64,000 nt of DNA from Oscillospiraceae bacterium (GTDB lineage: Bacteria; Bacillota; Clostridia; Oscillospirales; CAG-272): the NCBI GenBank assembly GCA_015064415.1, contig SVSG01000008.1, forward strand, positions 13,306 to 77,305, read 5' to 3'. The notes under the pieces are model-generated. The model saw nothing but the letters and a program-made list of their open reading frames with translations, did no database searches and was not told where the DNA came from. The position numbers were made by a program, and so were the translations under genes. Each line of letters opens with the position of its first letter. Position 1 is the stretch's first letter. Of the stretch, positions 17,402 through 25,195 are shown piece by piece.

Positions 17402-17446
17402 GCCAAAGCCCTTGAAAACACCGGGTTTTTGGGTTTTGGCAAATGC
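17402..17446 (+). repeat. Intergenic repeat family, partial copy
   Basis: gccaaagcccttgaaaacaccgggtttttgggttttggcaaatgca is nearly identical to 24912-24957 and 14382-14427. Confidence 0.7.
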
Positions 17447-17642
17447 AAGCAGCGCTTTGTGAAATTTTGCTCCTTTTTTAAGGGAAATATTGAAAAAATA
17501 TAAAATATATGGTATATTGAAGGTGCCGAATCAAATCCGTATTGCGGCGTATAGCGTGTCAGCTTTGATCACAAGGGCGCCTTAAAAACTTTGGAAGGTC
17601 GGCGCAATTTCTTGATAATAATATGAGGAGGAAAGCGCAGCA

Positions 17643-18425
17643 ATGAAAGAGAGCAAAACGACGGAAATATCTATGAGTGTTTATTTTATACACCTGCTTT
17701 TTGTGATTTACTTTGTTGTTTTAACCGCAGAACGCATCCAAAGCATCGTGCGATCTGTATGGGACCCCGACGTGCTTTTGTTCGGAGATGGATTTAACTG
17801 CTATACTTACCTGATCACATTTGCATCTCTTGCGGTATCGCTGATATATCTGATCGCTTCCAACGGCAATTTGTTCGCAGGTATATTTACACGCAGTGCA
17901 CAGGTGCACGGAAGCATTCAAATGGGAAGACTTTGTATTGCGACGGGTCTGATCCTTATTTCGGGGATGGTGCATACCGAATATACCGTTGCTCCGATTC
18001 AGTTTGGCGCATACGGAGCATTGATCGTTGCGATGATCATTCAAACGGCACGAAAGCACAGGCAATCCGACAAGCGGATCTTGCTTTGGCTGTCCGTTGC
18101 CTTCCTAACGGCGTTTTCCATGGCAATTCCCGTTATGTACCGATCCAATATAACACACGCAGGCTTGTTTCACGTTTTAGAGGCACTTACTGCATTGGTG
18201 CTTGTTGCTATATTTACGGGAATGTTCTACAAGGTATTTTGCGAAGATGCCACCAATCTGTTTTACATCCTGCCTATGCTGACCGCGGTGGCATTGGATA
18301 CGGTGCTGATCGTTATGCGTTGGCAAGAGGAGATCAATTGGTTCGTTTTGGTATCGCTGATCGCCACGTGTGTGCTTTTCCTTATCGGCCGCTTGTGGAA
18401 CGGGTTATTATCGCGCGATCGGTGA
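17643..18425 (+). CDS. Multi-pass membrane protein, unknown function
   Basis: 260 aa with about 7-8 hydrophobic segments. GAGGAGG RBS 8-9 nt upstream. Confidence 0.6.
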   Translation: MKESKTTEISMSVYFIHLLFVIYFVVLTAERIQSIVRSVWDPDVLLFGDGFNCYTYLITFASLAVSLIYLIASNGNLFAGIFTRSAQVHGSIQMGRLCIATGLILISGMVHTEYTVAPIQFGAYGALIVAMIIQTARKHRQSDKRILLWLSVAFLTAFSMAIPVMYRSNITHAGLFHVLEALTALVLVAIFTGMFYKVFCEDATNLFYILPMLTAVALDTVLIVMRWQEEINWFVLVSLIATCVLFLIGRLWNGLLSRDR

Positions 18426-18436
18426 GAAACACCAGA

Positions 18437-18575
18437 ATACATCTAAAATGGATACATGAGCCAAACAAAAGGGAGCACCTTGGTGCTCCCTTTTGTTTTA
18501 TCCAAGCCGAGGGCTTTTCAATGTTTTTTGAGGCGGGGACTTCACAAAATTTTGTGAAGTCCCCGCCCTTTTTGT
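18437..18575 (+). repeat. Intergenic repeat family, copy C (two terminator hairpins); contains the left copy of the 39-nt direct repeat
   Basis: ccaaacaaaagggagcaccttggtgctcccttttgttt (18461-18498). Second hairpin ggcggggacttcacaaa/tttgtgaagtccccgcc (18532-18567). The linker ttatccaagccg is shared with copy A. Confidence 0.75.
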
Positions 18576-18625
18576 GCGACCTTTGGTTGCGTGCTTCGCT
18601 GTTTGGGGTTGACTTGACGCCTGCG

Positions 18626-19135
18626 TTATTTTGTGGAGCGGTAAAAGTGATAGCAGCGGTCGAAGTCGTGAAAAGAATCTTTTTCAACAAATACACCGCC
18701 GCACTTTTTAGCAAGAGCGATGCCGGCGACATTTTCGCTGTGAACGTGATAAACGAGAAAATCGTTGCGTTCATTTCGAAATGCCTCCTTGATCAAAAGG
18801 CGCAATGCACGGGTGCCGATACCGCGCCGACGGTATTCTTCGCACAATTCAATATGTATTTCCGGGATGGGCGTGTTCGTTTTTGAAAGCGCGACGTAGC
18901 CGATATAGTTTTCGCCATCAAAAAGTCCGAATGCGCGAACGTTATGACGCATACTGATAATCATGTCCGTCATGAGTCGAGAAGCGTCCGAGAATTTCTC
19001 CGACTGCGGGGATTGCTCCAAAGACTCGATAAGCCCCCAAATCGGAGCTTCTCTTTCTTGCGCGTTGCTTCTTTCGTAGTATTCTTCTTCGCTGATATCC
19101 TTCAATATGATGTTGTCGCAGATAATGTACTTCAT
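18626..19135 (-). CDS. GNAT family N-acetyltransferase
   Basis: 169 aa. Acetyl-CoA motif EEYRRRGIGTRALRLLIKEAF. Confidence 0.75.
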   Translation of the reverse strand: MKYIICDNIILKDISEEEYYERSNAQEREAPIWGLIESLEQSPQSEKFSDASRLMTDMIISMRHNVRAFGLFDGENYIGYVALSKTNTPIPEIHIELCEEYRRRGIGTRALRLLIKEAFRNERNDFLVYHVHSENVAGIALAKKCGGVFVEKDSFHDFDRCYHFYRSTK

Positions 19136-19138
19136 TTT

Positions 19139-20131
19139 TTACTCCTTGTTATATATACTGCGGTATTTTTTTGCCGCATAATGGTAGTAGTTGCGCATTG
19201 AGATGCCAAGGCGCTTGGGGGAAAGGATCAGCGCACTGTCGCCAAAGCGCTCAAAGTAATAAAGCGCCTGATTGGCAGAGCATTCGAAGGTGTAGATATC
19301 TCCCTCGATCTTGACGGGAGTGGGGCGATAAAGATAGATCTTTTCAAAAAGCGCTTTGCCTTTTTCGCTCAGCTGCACGCGAATGGGGGTGTTGTCTGTG
19401 GCATACATCGGGTATTGCGCACCGCACGCGATCTGCCTTTCAAACAAAGCTGCGCAATTCTCAGGAATGCTTGCCTTATCGGGGAGGAGGGAGACGGTGC
19501 GGATTTTAGCCAAACGCACCGTTTTGTTTTTTTCTCCGTCATACGAGAGCACGTAATTGAAAAGCTCGTCCTTAGCGGAGGCCACGGCGTAGATGGAGGC
19601 GCCGTTGACGACCGTGCCATTTGGCAAGGAGAGACAGACCTGAACCCCCTTTTTAACAGCGTGTGTCAGCAGCTCGTAATTTTGGCGGTACAGCAGTTTT
19701 TCGCGTTCGTTTTTGCTTTTTTGCGCATAGGAAATAAAGAGCCGACGGTAGTAAGAGGAAAGTGATTCGTCGTGCAAAAGCACGTGCTCGATCATGATGG
19801 TGGCACGCTCGGATTCCTTTGTGGGCTTAAAGGAAAGCGAAACACTCTTGCCATCACTCTGTTGCTTTTCGCGTTTGGCAAGCACTTTTAAAACGGCATC
19901 AAGCGCGCTCCGACGATACACCTCCGGCACGTTTGCAAGCGCCTTTTTGATATCATCGTGCAACGCCTCCTCGCCGGCGGAAAATGCTTCGTGATAATTG
20001 ATGATCAACGTGTTCAAAAAGTCGTTGAGGTTGGGGGAGCGATCCTTTTTTAAAAAGAGAAAGTCCGCACAATCTTTGCGCAAAAGCTCCAGTGTGCTTT
20101 GGGGCAGAGTTATTTTGATTTTTTCCGTCAT
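19139..20131 (-). CDS. WYL-domain transcriptional regulator-like protein (N-terminal RHH-like segment, C-terminal WCX-like)
   Basis: FNYVLSYDGEKNKTVRLAKIRTVSLL resembles the WYL core. FERFGDSALILSPKRLGISMRNYY resembles the C-terminal extension. GAGGTG lies 6 nt upstream of the ATG at 20131. Followed 3 nt later by the GNAT gene. Confidence 0.55.
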   Translation of the reverse strand: MTEKIKITLPQSTLELLRKDCADFLFLKKDRSPNLNDFLNTLIINYHEAFSAGEEALHDDIKKALANVPEVYRRSALDAVLKVLAKREKQQSDGKSVSLSFKPTKESERATIMIEHVLLHDESLSSYYRRLFISYAQKSKNEREKLLYRQNYELLTHAVKKGVQVCLSLPNGTVVNGASIYAVASAKDELFNYVLSYDGEKNKTVRLAKIRTVSLLPDKASIPENCAALFERQIACGAQYPMYATDNTPIRVQLSEKGKALFEKIYLYRPTPVKIEGDIYTFECSANQALYYFERFGDSALILSPKRLGISMRNYYHYAAKKYRSIYNKE

Positions 20132-20249
20132 ATTTATCACCTCATTTATAATAGTACCCGAAAAGGGGTCATTTGTCAATATAAAAATCCAATAAAATCC
20201 AATAAATTATAGCATTTTTAGGGGTCAAAAAAATATTGTAAACTGCCAA

Positions 20250-20278
20250 TTGAAAACCACAGATTTTTGTCATATAAT
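20250..20278 (+). promoter_or_regulatory. Sigma-A promoter for the plus-strand module
   Basis: TTGAAA (20250-20255), 17 nt, TATAAT (20273-20278). Divergent from the WYL gene. Confidence 0.65.
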
Positions 20279-20310
20279 GGTGGCAAGAACAAAACACGGA
20301 GGTGAAAGAC

Positions 20311-20796
20311 ATGAAGGTTTGTCACATGGAAGCAATGAAAGAAGTGCGGCTGTTGGAGGAAAAAAAGGAGATGCTGCTTGAGCGCGAGTGTGAGCGTTTT
20401 CGCGTATCTTATAAGGAAGGCGAGCGTAAGCTGGAAAACGGCTACTCCTACCGAGGCACAAGAGACGATGTGGCCGCGTTGGATGCTCGCATTCGCGAGA
20501 TCAAGGGTGCGCTTGCCGCAGCAAACTGCGCCTGCCGCTTGGAAGCGTTTGACGTGACCATCGGCGAGGGGCTGGTGATGCTGGCACAGTGGAACAGGGA
20601 ATACGAGCGGCTTTGTATGCTGGCGTCTTGCCAGCAGCTTTCTCGGCGCATTACACAAAATGGTATTTTGGAATACACGGAATGTCAGTATGACGTAGAG
20701 GAGGTCATCCGCGAGCGCGATGCACTTAAGCAACGCATCGGCATGCTGCAGATCGCGATTGATCGCACAAATCTGCTTTCGTTTATTGAGATCTGA
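20311..20796 (+). CDS. Coiled-coil hypothetical protein (161 aa), possibly DIP1984/septicolysin-like
   Basis: GGAGGTG lies 6 nt upstream of the ATG at 20311. Heptad-rich sequence. C-terminus DVEEVIRERDALKQRIGMLQIAIDRTNL is reminiscent of the DIP1984 family (unverified). Confidence 0.6.
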   Translation: MKVCHMEAMKEVRLLEEKKEMLLERECERFRVSYKEGERKLENGYSYRGTRDDVAALDARIREIKGALAAANCACRLEAFDVTIGEGLVMLAQWNREYERLCMLASCQQLSRRITQNGILEYTECQYDVEEVIRERDALKQRIGMLQIAIDRTNLLSFIEI

Positions 20797-21181
20797 TGTA
20801 TTTTCCAGACCGCCGTTCATAGGCTGATCCTTCGGGGTTTGGCACACATATTTTTGTGGATTGTTACGGTGACCGATTTATGGTTCAGGTTAATGCTTAT
20901 CGGTTGTGTTTTTGTAGAGACGGTTTATCGCTTATGAAGGTACAAAATTACAAGGTAGCAGGCATTTGCTAAAGGATGTTGGGCGGTCAAAAGCTTTCGC
21001 GGGGGAAGCAACGGGTCATAACTCGCAGCTCGGTTCCCATTTTCTTTGTTGAATTGGACGGAATATATTTCCTACCAAGCACAGCCGCGTGTTGGGATCA
21101 AATGAACGCGCTGGGCGGTTTGTAGCATCTCAAAGAAAGTGAAGCGTTCAGCCGAGGTTTTGAAAAAAGGAGGATGGTAGA

Positions 21182-22546
21182 ATGAGAAATTTTGACAGAA
21201 TTGCCGGTTATGAGGCGGAGAAAAAGGAATTAGAGGTGCTTGTTGATATTTTCAACAACCGTGCGAAATATCGAGAAAAGGGTGCAAGCTTACCTAAGGG
21301 CATCATCTTTTGCGGAGAGAAGGGTGTGGGGAAGCAATTGTTTGCGACGGTTCTTGCCGAAAGATGTGCATTGAAAATCAGCGAGATCGATGTTGAAAAG
21401 GAGATGATGGACTATCGCGTCGCTCGTGAGATCCGCAAGGCGTTTACCAAGGCAGCACGCAATCATTATCCCACGATGATCCTGCTCAAGGGGCTGGACA
21501 AGCTGTTCGGCGAGGACGTGCCGGAATGCGGCAAGGAACAGCTGGAAACGGTGCGCTCGCAGCTTACCAATTTGCTGGACGGAATGGATACCATAGACAA
21601 TATCGTATTTGTGGCGACCTGCGAGCATGAAAGCACATTGCCCGATTGCTTGAGGCGCGCGGGGCGCTTTGATCGAAAGATCACGCTGGAGCTACCTGAC
21701 TATCCCTCTCGTGTGGAGATCTTACGGATGTATATGGATAGAACGTCCTGTCGCTTTGCACTGGATGCCGGGGCATTGGCAAAGCTTGGAGCGGGATTTT
21801 CCGGTGGTATGTTGGAGGCACTGGTCAGGGAATGTGCCCTACGTTCCGATCCAAGCAATTTTGTAAGTGAGGAGTGCTTAAAGGGGGCGGTGGTAGCGTT
21901 GGAGGAGGGCGAGGAGCTTGACGGCATGAATAACGTATACCAAACCGTGCAGGCGGTACGCAACATCGGCGCCTTTCTCGCCTCGCTTTCCTATCACAAA
22001 GGGGACTATCATTTGTCCTTGAACGAATGCACCGTATGCAACGGTTTCCTGGATGCAGTCATACACAAACTCAAACACAGTTACGATGACGACGATTATT
22101 ATTGCGACGATGACGATGACGAATACCCTTCTAAGGAACGCAAAGCAACGGCGTTTTCCAAAAACGATCTGCAGGCGGCGGTCACGTCGCTATTGGCCGG
22201 CTATGCCGCAGAGGAGTTGATCCTGCATAAGGTGCATCACACCATTGCAGAGAATATGCGTGTTCTCCGTTTCATTTTCCTGAAAATGGTGGAGTGCGGC
22301 ATGCTTGGACTGGGGCATTTGTATGTGGAGGTCCCCTACGATCGCTCGTCATGCTCTCAAGCGTGCTTGGAACGCTTGGAAAAGGAGTTTAATGACTTGA
22401 TTGCGGAATGTTATAAAAAGGCAACGGAGATCGTTCGCAAAAACGAGGAGCTTATCAAAAAACTCACGCCTGTGCTGTTGAAGCACCTTTTCCTGGAAAA
22501 GAGCGAGTGTGACCGCGTACTCTTCGAGCTTGGTGGCATCGCTTAA
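21182..22546 (+). CDS. FtsH-like AAA+ protein without TM segments, with degenerate Walker A/B and no HEXXH (probable pseudo-enzyme)
   Basis: AGGAGG RBS. Colinear with the FtsH AAA module (LPKGIIFCGEKGVGKQ, MILLKGLDKL, LRRAGRFDRKITLELPD, GFSGGMLEALVRECAL) and the M41-like tail (AGYAAEELIL). The HEAGH position reads RNIGA. Acidic insert SYDDDDYYCDDDDDEY. Confidence 0.65.
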   Translation: MRNFDRIAGYEAEKKELEVLVDIFNNRAKYREKGASLPKGIIFCGEKGVGKQLFATVLAERCALKISEIDVEKEMMDYRVAREIRKAFTKAARNHYPTMILLKGLDKLFGEDVPECGKEQLETVRSQLTNLLDGMDTIDNIVFVATCEHESTLPDCLRRAGRFDRKITLELPDYPSRVEILRMYMDRTSCRFALDAGALAKLGAGFSGGMLEALVRECALRSDPSNFVSEECLKGAVVALEEGEELDGMNNVYQTVQAVRNIGAFLASLSYHKGDYHLSLNECTVCNGFLDAVIHKLKHSYDDDDYYCDDDDDEYPSKERKATAFSKNDLQAAVTSLLAGYAAEELILHKVHHTIAENMRVLRFIFLKMVECGMLGLGHLYVEVPYDRSSCSQACLERLEKEFNDLIAECYKKATEIVRKNEELIKKLTPVLLKHLFLEKSECDRVLFELGGIA

Positions 22547-22611
22547 ACATAAAAAGAGCGCCCTCGTTCTTCGACAGGCGCTCTTTACAAAGTGAGGAAG
22601 CTTGTGTTATA

Positions 22612-24150
22612 ATGAACTCAAGAAACGAGAGGGAGGTGCACGATTTGCAGAAGGATTTTTATTTGGATCTCTCGGATGAAGTGATCGCGATATGCGAGGA
22701 GCTGCTGCGCCGCGCTAAGGAGTGGCACTTGCCGATACGGCGCAAAGAGAATTTTGTCGGCTTTGGCAAAATACACGGCTTTTATATGTTCTGGATCTCT
22801 CGCAAGGATGAGGGGGACTATTTTAAGGCGCGCTCGGAGTATGCATGTGAGCGGTTGCAGGAAATTGTACACTATCCGCTAATTGCAGAAAACAAGGATG
22901 CTATCCTTGATGCGGCACAGGCGATCTATCGGGAGTATTTGGCACACGGGAGTGAGTTTCCCCGGAAGTCGCGCATCAAAACCCCTGACCCGTTGAAGGG
23001 GGAAGGAGCCCAAAATTCTTGGCATGGGGTGGCGCGGCATGCCGTATCGGAATGGAGAGGGGCGACAGAAGAGCGCGGGCAAGCCGCTTCGGGCACTGAG
23101 CTTTTGCAGACAGCTCAGGTGTTCTTGCGCAATGCGGATGCTCTGCTTCTGCTTTTGAGCAATGAAATACGATCTGCGCGTACCAAAGACGTTTGGAAAA
23201 GGTACGTGCTGACCGATGCCGAGACGCTTGAGCAGATCAGCAAAGATTATAGCTTGACGCGTGAGCGTATCAGGCAGCTTGTAAAAAGAGGCAACAGAGA
23301 GATCGCCGATCTTTTTGTGCGGTATTGTACGTACGAAAAGCGCGAGATCTTTGATACATACATTTTGCCAATGGCGCAAGCGTTGGAGAATGCTTCCTGC
23401 GATTTACCTGTGTTTTTGCAAAGCGCCTTTGCCGATTGGGGAGAGCGCAAGAAAAAAGTGGTCCTGCAGCTTTTATTTGGTGAGGAAAACGGCGCGGCGC
23501 TTGTGGAAGCGTGCGAGAAATATCAAAAAAAGGTAACGGAGCCCGCCAAAAAGCAAAACGGGATCGCGGAAAAGCTTGCCCGCTTACAGACGATGATCCG
23601 ATATCCCACTGCGGTGTATGCGGATACCGGTGAGAAAATAGGCACGTTTGTCATGGAAAAAGAGTATACACATATATCGAAATTCCGCAAGCTGCTGGAG
23701 AAAATGCAAGGGTATTTGCACTTTGTGCAAAACCCCAATATTGTGTATTATTCCACTGCAAAAACCGATCACCGTCCCAGTTTTTTACTGGAGTTTGAAA
23801 ACGGCAGACGTGTGCTTGTACTGGTGCTGCCGACGCTCAACATGGCTTTTTCTTATAACCTAAAGCGTTTTTGGGCGTTGCGGGATTTTTGCAAAAGGAG
23901 GGGGTACGGGTATCTGATCGTTGACGATCGGGAGCAAGCTTTGTGGGATCTGGAGTGCTTACCTGTAGATCCCGCCTTAAAAAGTGCCTTGGATGCAATT
24001 TTATTATCAAAGGGAAGGATCCTTTGGGACGATATCTTTGAGATGAAGAAAACGCACGATCTGACAAATAGTCTGATTGTTGCCTACGTTTTACAAAGCA
24101 AGCTGCATTTTGTAATGGATCCTTATTTTTGCATTTGTTCTTTTACGTGA
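22612..24150 (+). CDS. Hypothetical protein with an internal sigma-70 region-4-like HTH
   Basis: 512 aa. DAETLEQISKDYSLTRERIRQLVKRGNREI matches the region 4.2 pattern (TLEEIG..TRERIRQIE). The C-terminal part (HRPSFLLEFENGRRVLVLVLP...YGYLIVDD) is vaguely nuclease-fold-like. Confidence 0.55.
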   Translation: MNSRNEREVHDLQKDFYLDLSDEVIAICEELLRRAKEWHLPIRRKENFVGFGKIHGFYMFWISRKDEGDYFKARSEYACERLQEIVHYPLIAENKDAILDAAQAIYREYLAHGSEFPRKSRIKTPDPLKGEGAQNSWHGVARHAVSEWRGATEERGQAASGTELLQTAQVFLRNADALLLLLSNEIRSARTKDVWKRYVLTDAETLEQISKDYSLTRERIRQLVKRGNREIADLFVRYCTYEKREIFDTYILPMAQALENASCDLPVFLQSAFADWGERKKKVVLQLLFGEENGAALVEACEKYQKKVTEPAKKQNGIAEKLARLQTMIRYPTAVYADTGEKIGTFVMEKEYTHISKFRKLLEKMQGYLHFVQNPNIVYYSTAKTDHRPSFLLEFENGRRVLVLVLPTLNMAFSYNLKRFWALRDFCKRRGYGYLIVDDREQALWDLECLPVDPALKSALDAILLSKGRILWDDIFEMKKTHDLTNSLIVAYVLQSKLHFVMDPYFCICSFT

Positions 24151-24174
24151 GAAGAGAGTTGAGAGAGCGGTGTT

Positions 24175-24438
24175 ATGACGAGTAAGACAAAAATTGATTG
24201 GAAAAACCTTGGAAAAAGAGAGTGGACCAGATTTTATACCGTTTCTAACGTCGACGAGGAACGCGTTGACCAAATCGAAATAGATGTACAGAGAGGGGAG
24301 TATCGCCTGTATACGGATTGCGATATAAGCATCACGGATGGCGTTGACCGACACGGTGAGGATATTATTTCCTATTATGTTCCACGCACCCTTTTTGATA
24401 TCATTGCCGAGGGCGTAGCGGAAAATTTGCGGTTTTGA
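24175..24438 (+). CDS. Small hypothetical protein (87 aa)
   Basis: ORF in operon context with a weak RBS. Acidic. Confidence 0.4.
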   Translation: MTSKTKIDWKNLGKREWTRFYTVSNVDEERVDQIEIDVQRGEYRLYTDCDISITDGVDRHGEDIISYYVPRTLFDIIAEGVAENLRF

Positions 24439-24464
24439 ACTTTTGCTTATAAAGGAGAAACAAC

Positions 24465-24815
24465 ATGGCGAAGTATTTGATGATCAAGCTTGTGTTTGGT
24501 GAGGAGATTCACCCCGACGTATACAGCATGATGCAGGATGAATATGAAAAGGCGAGCTGCGATATAAGTGACTACGCCGCATCGCTTGGTGCGAAGATGT
24601 TGATTGAAGATACCGTTAACGTATATGGAGTGGGGCACTCTTACGCTGTGGTAGAGCACAATTTTCCGATGACGAAAGAGAAAAAAGAGAGCTTGGTGGA
24701 GATCATATCTCGCTTTTTTGTAGACGGAGAGATCGAAGAAAGGGTGCTGAAAACTTTTAACGTTCTGTCTGCTGTGCGTTTTTTACAGACCGGGGGAGAG
24801 CTTTTTGAAGTATGA
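24465..24815 (+). CDS. Small hypothetical protein (116 aa)
   Basis: AAGGAG lies 7 nt upstream of the ATG. Acidic. Confidence 0.5.
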   Translation: MAKYLMIKLVFGEEIHPDVYSMMQDEYEKASCDISDYAASLGAKMLIEDTVNVYGVGHSYAVVEHNFPMTKEKKESLVEIISRFFVDGEIEERVLKTFNVLSAVRFLQTGGELFEV

Positions 24816-24843
24816 ACGTGGGCGAACAAGAGCCACTTGGGGT

Positions 24844-25030
24844 GTGCATCTATGAAGGTCACGCTTGAAATCGCAAAATGTGGATTTTCGATGAAATGCA
24901 GTGATAAAAAAGCTGAAATCCTTGAAAACACCGGGTTTTTGGGTTTTGGCAGATGTATCTAAATTGGCCACACCGCCAAAAGAAAAGGGAGTGCTTCGGC
25001 ACTCCCTTTTCTTTCGTTCAAGCCGTGGCT
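24844..25030 (+). repeat. Intergenic repeat family, copy B (separates the two island modules)
   Basis: Aligns with copy A over about 145 nt. Terminator hairpin aaaagggagtgc-ttcg-gcactccctttt (24983-25010). Confidence 0.75.
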
Positions 25031-25124
25031 CTGTATCGCATTGCACGGGGCGTGTGCTTCGGCCTTTCTTGCCTTGAAAAGAAAAAGCCCGCGCTCGAAA
25101 AAAGTCTGATTTTATCGCAAACTC

Positions 25125-25153
25125 TTGGCAAAAACGCATTAATTTGTTATAAT
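25125..25153 (+). promoter_or_regulatory. Sigma-A promoter for the polymerase-like gene
   Basis: TTGGCA (25125-25130), 17 nt, TATAAT (25148-25153). Confidence 0.6.
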
Positions 25154-25195
25154 AAGATAAAAAGGTTAAAAGGAACCAAGGACGGAGGTGCGCGG

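Noticed and set aside
17470-17642. ~170-nt leader upstream of the unknown membrane protein, examined for a riboswitch.
   Set aside because: I saw no match to any riboswitch consensus I know (ZTP, preQ1, THF, guanidine, Mg, etc.), only generic short stems. Not supportable without a covariance-model scan.
20218-20847. 209-aa minus-strand ORF opposite the coiled-coil gene.
   Set aside because: The plus-strand ORF has a promoter, a GGAGGTG RBS and a plausible heptad-rich product. The minus-strand product is low-complexity with no start context.
24953-25195. N-terminal 81-codon extension of the polymerase ORF in the six-frame track.
   Set aside because: The extension runs through intergenic repeat copy B, its terminator hairpin and the TTGGCA-17-TATAAT promoter. 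A strong GGAGGTG RBS precedes the ATG at 25196.
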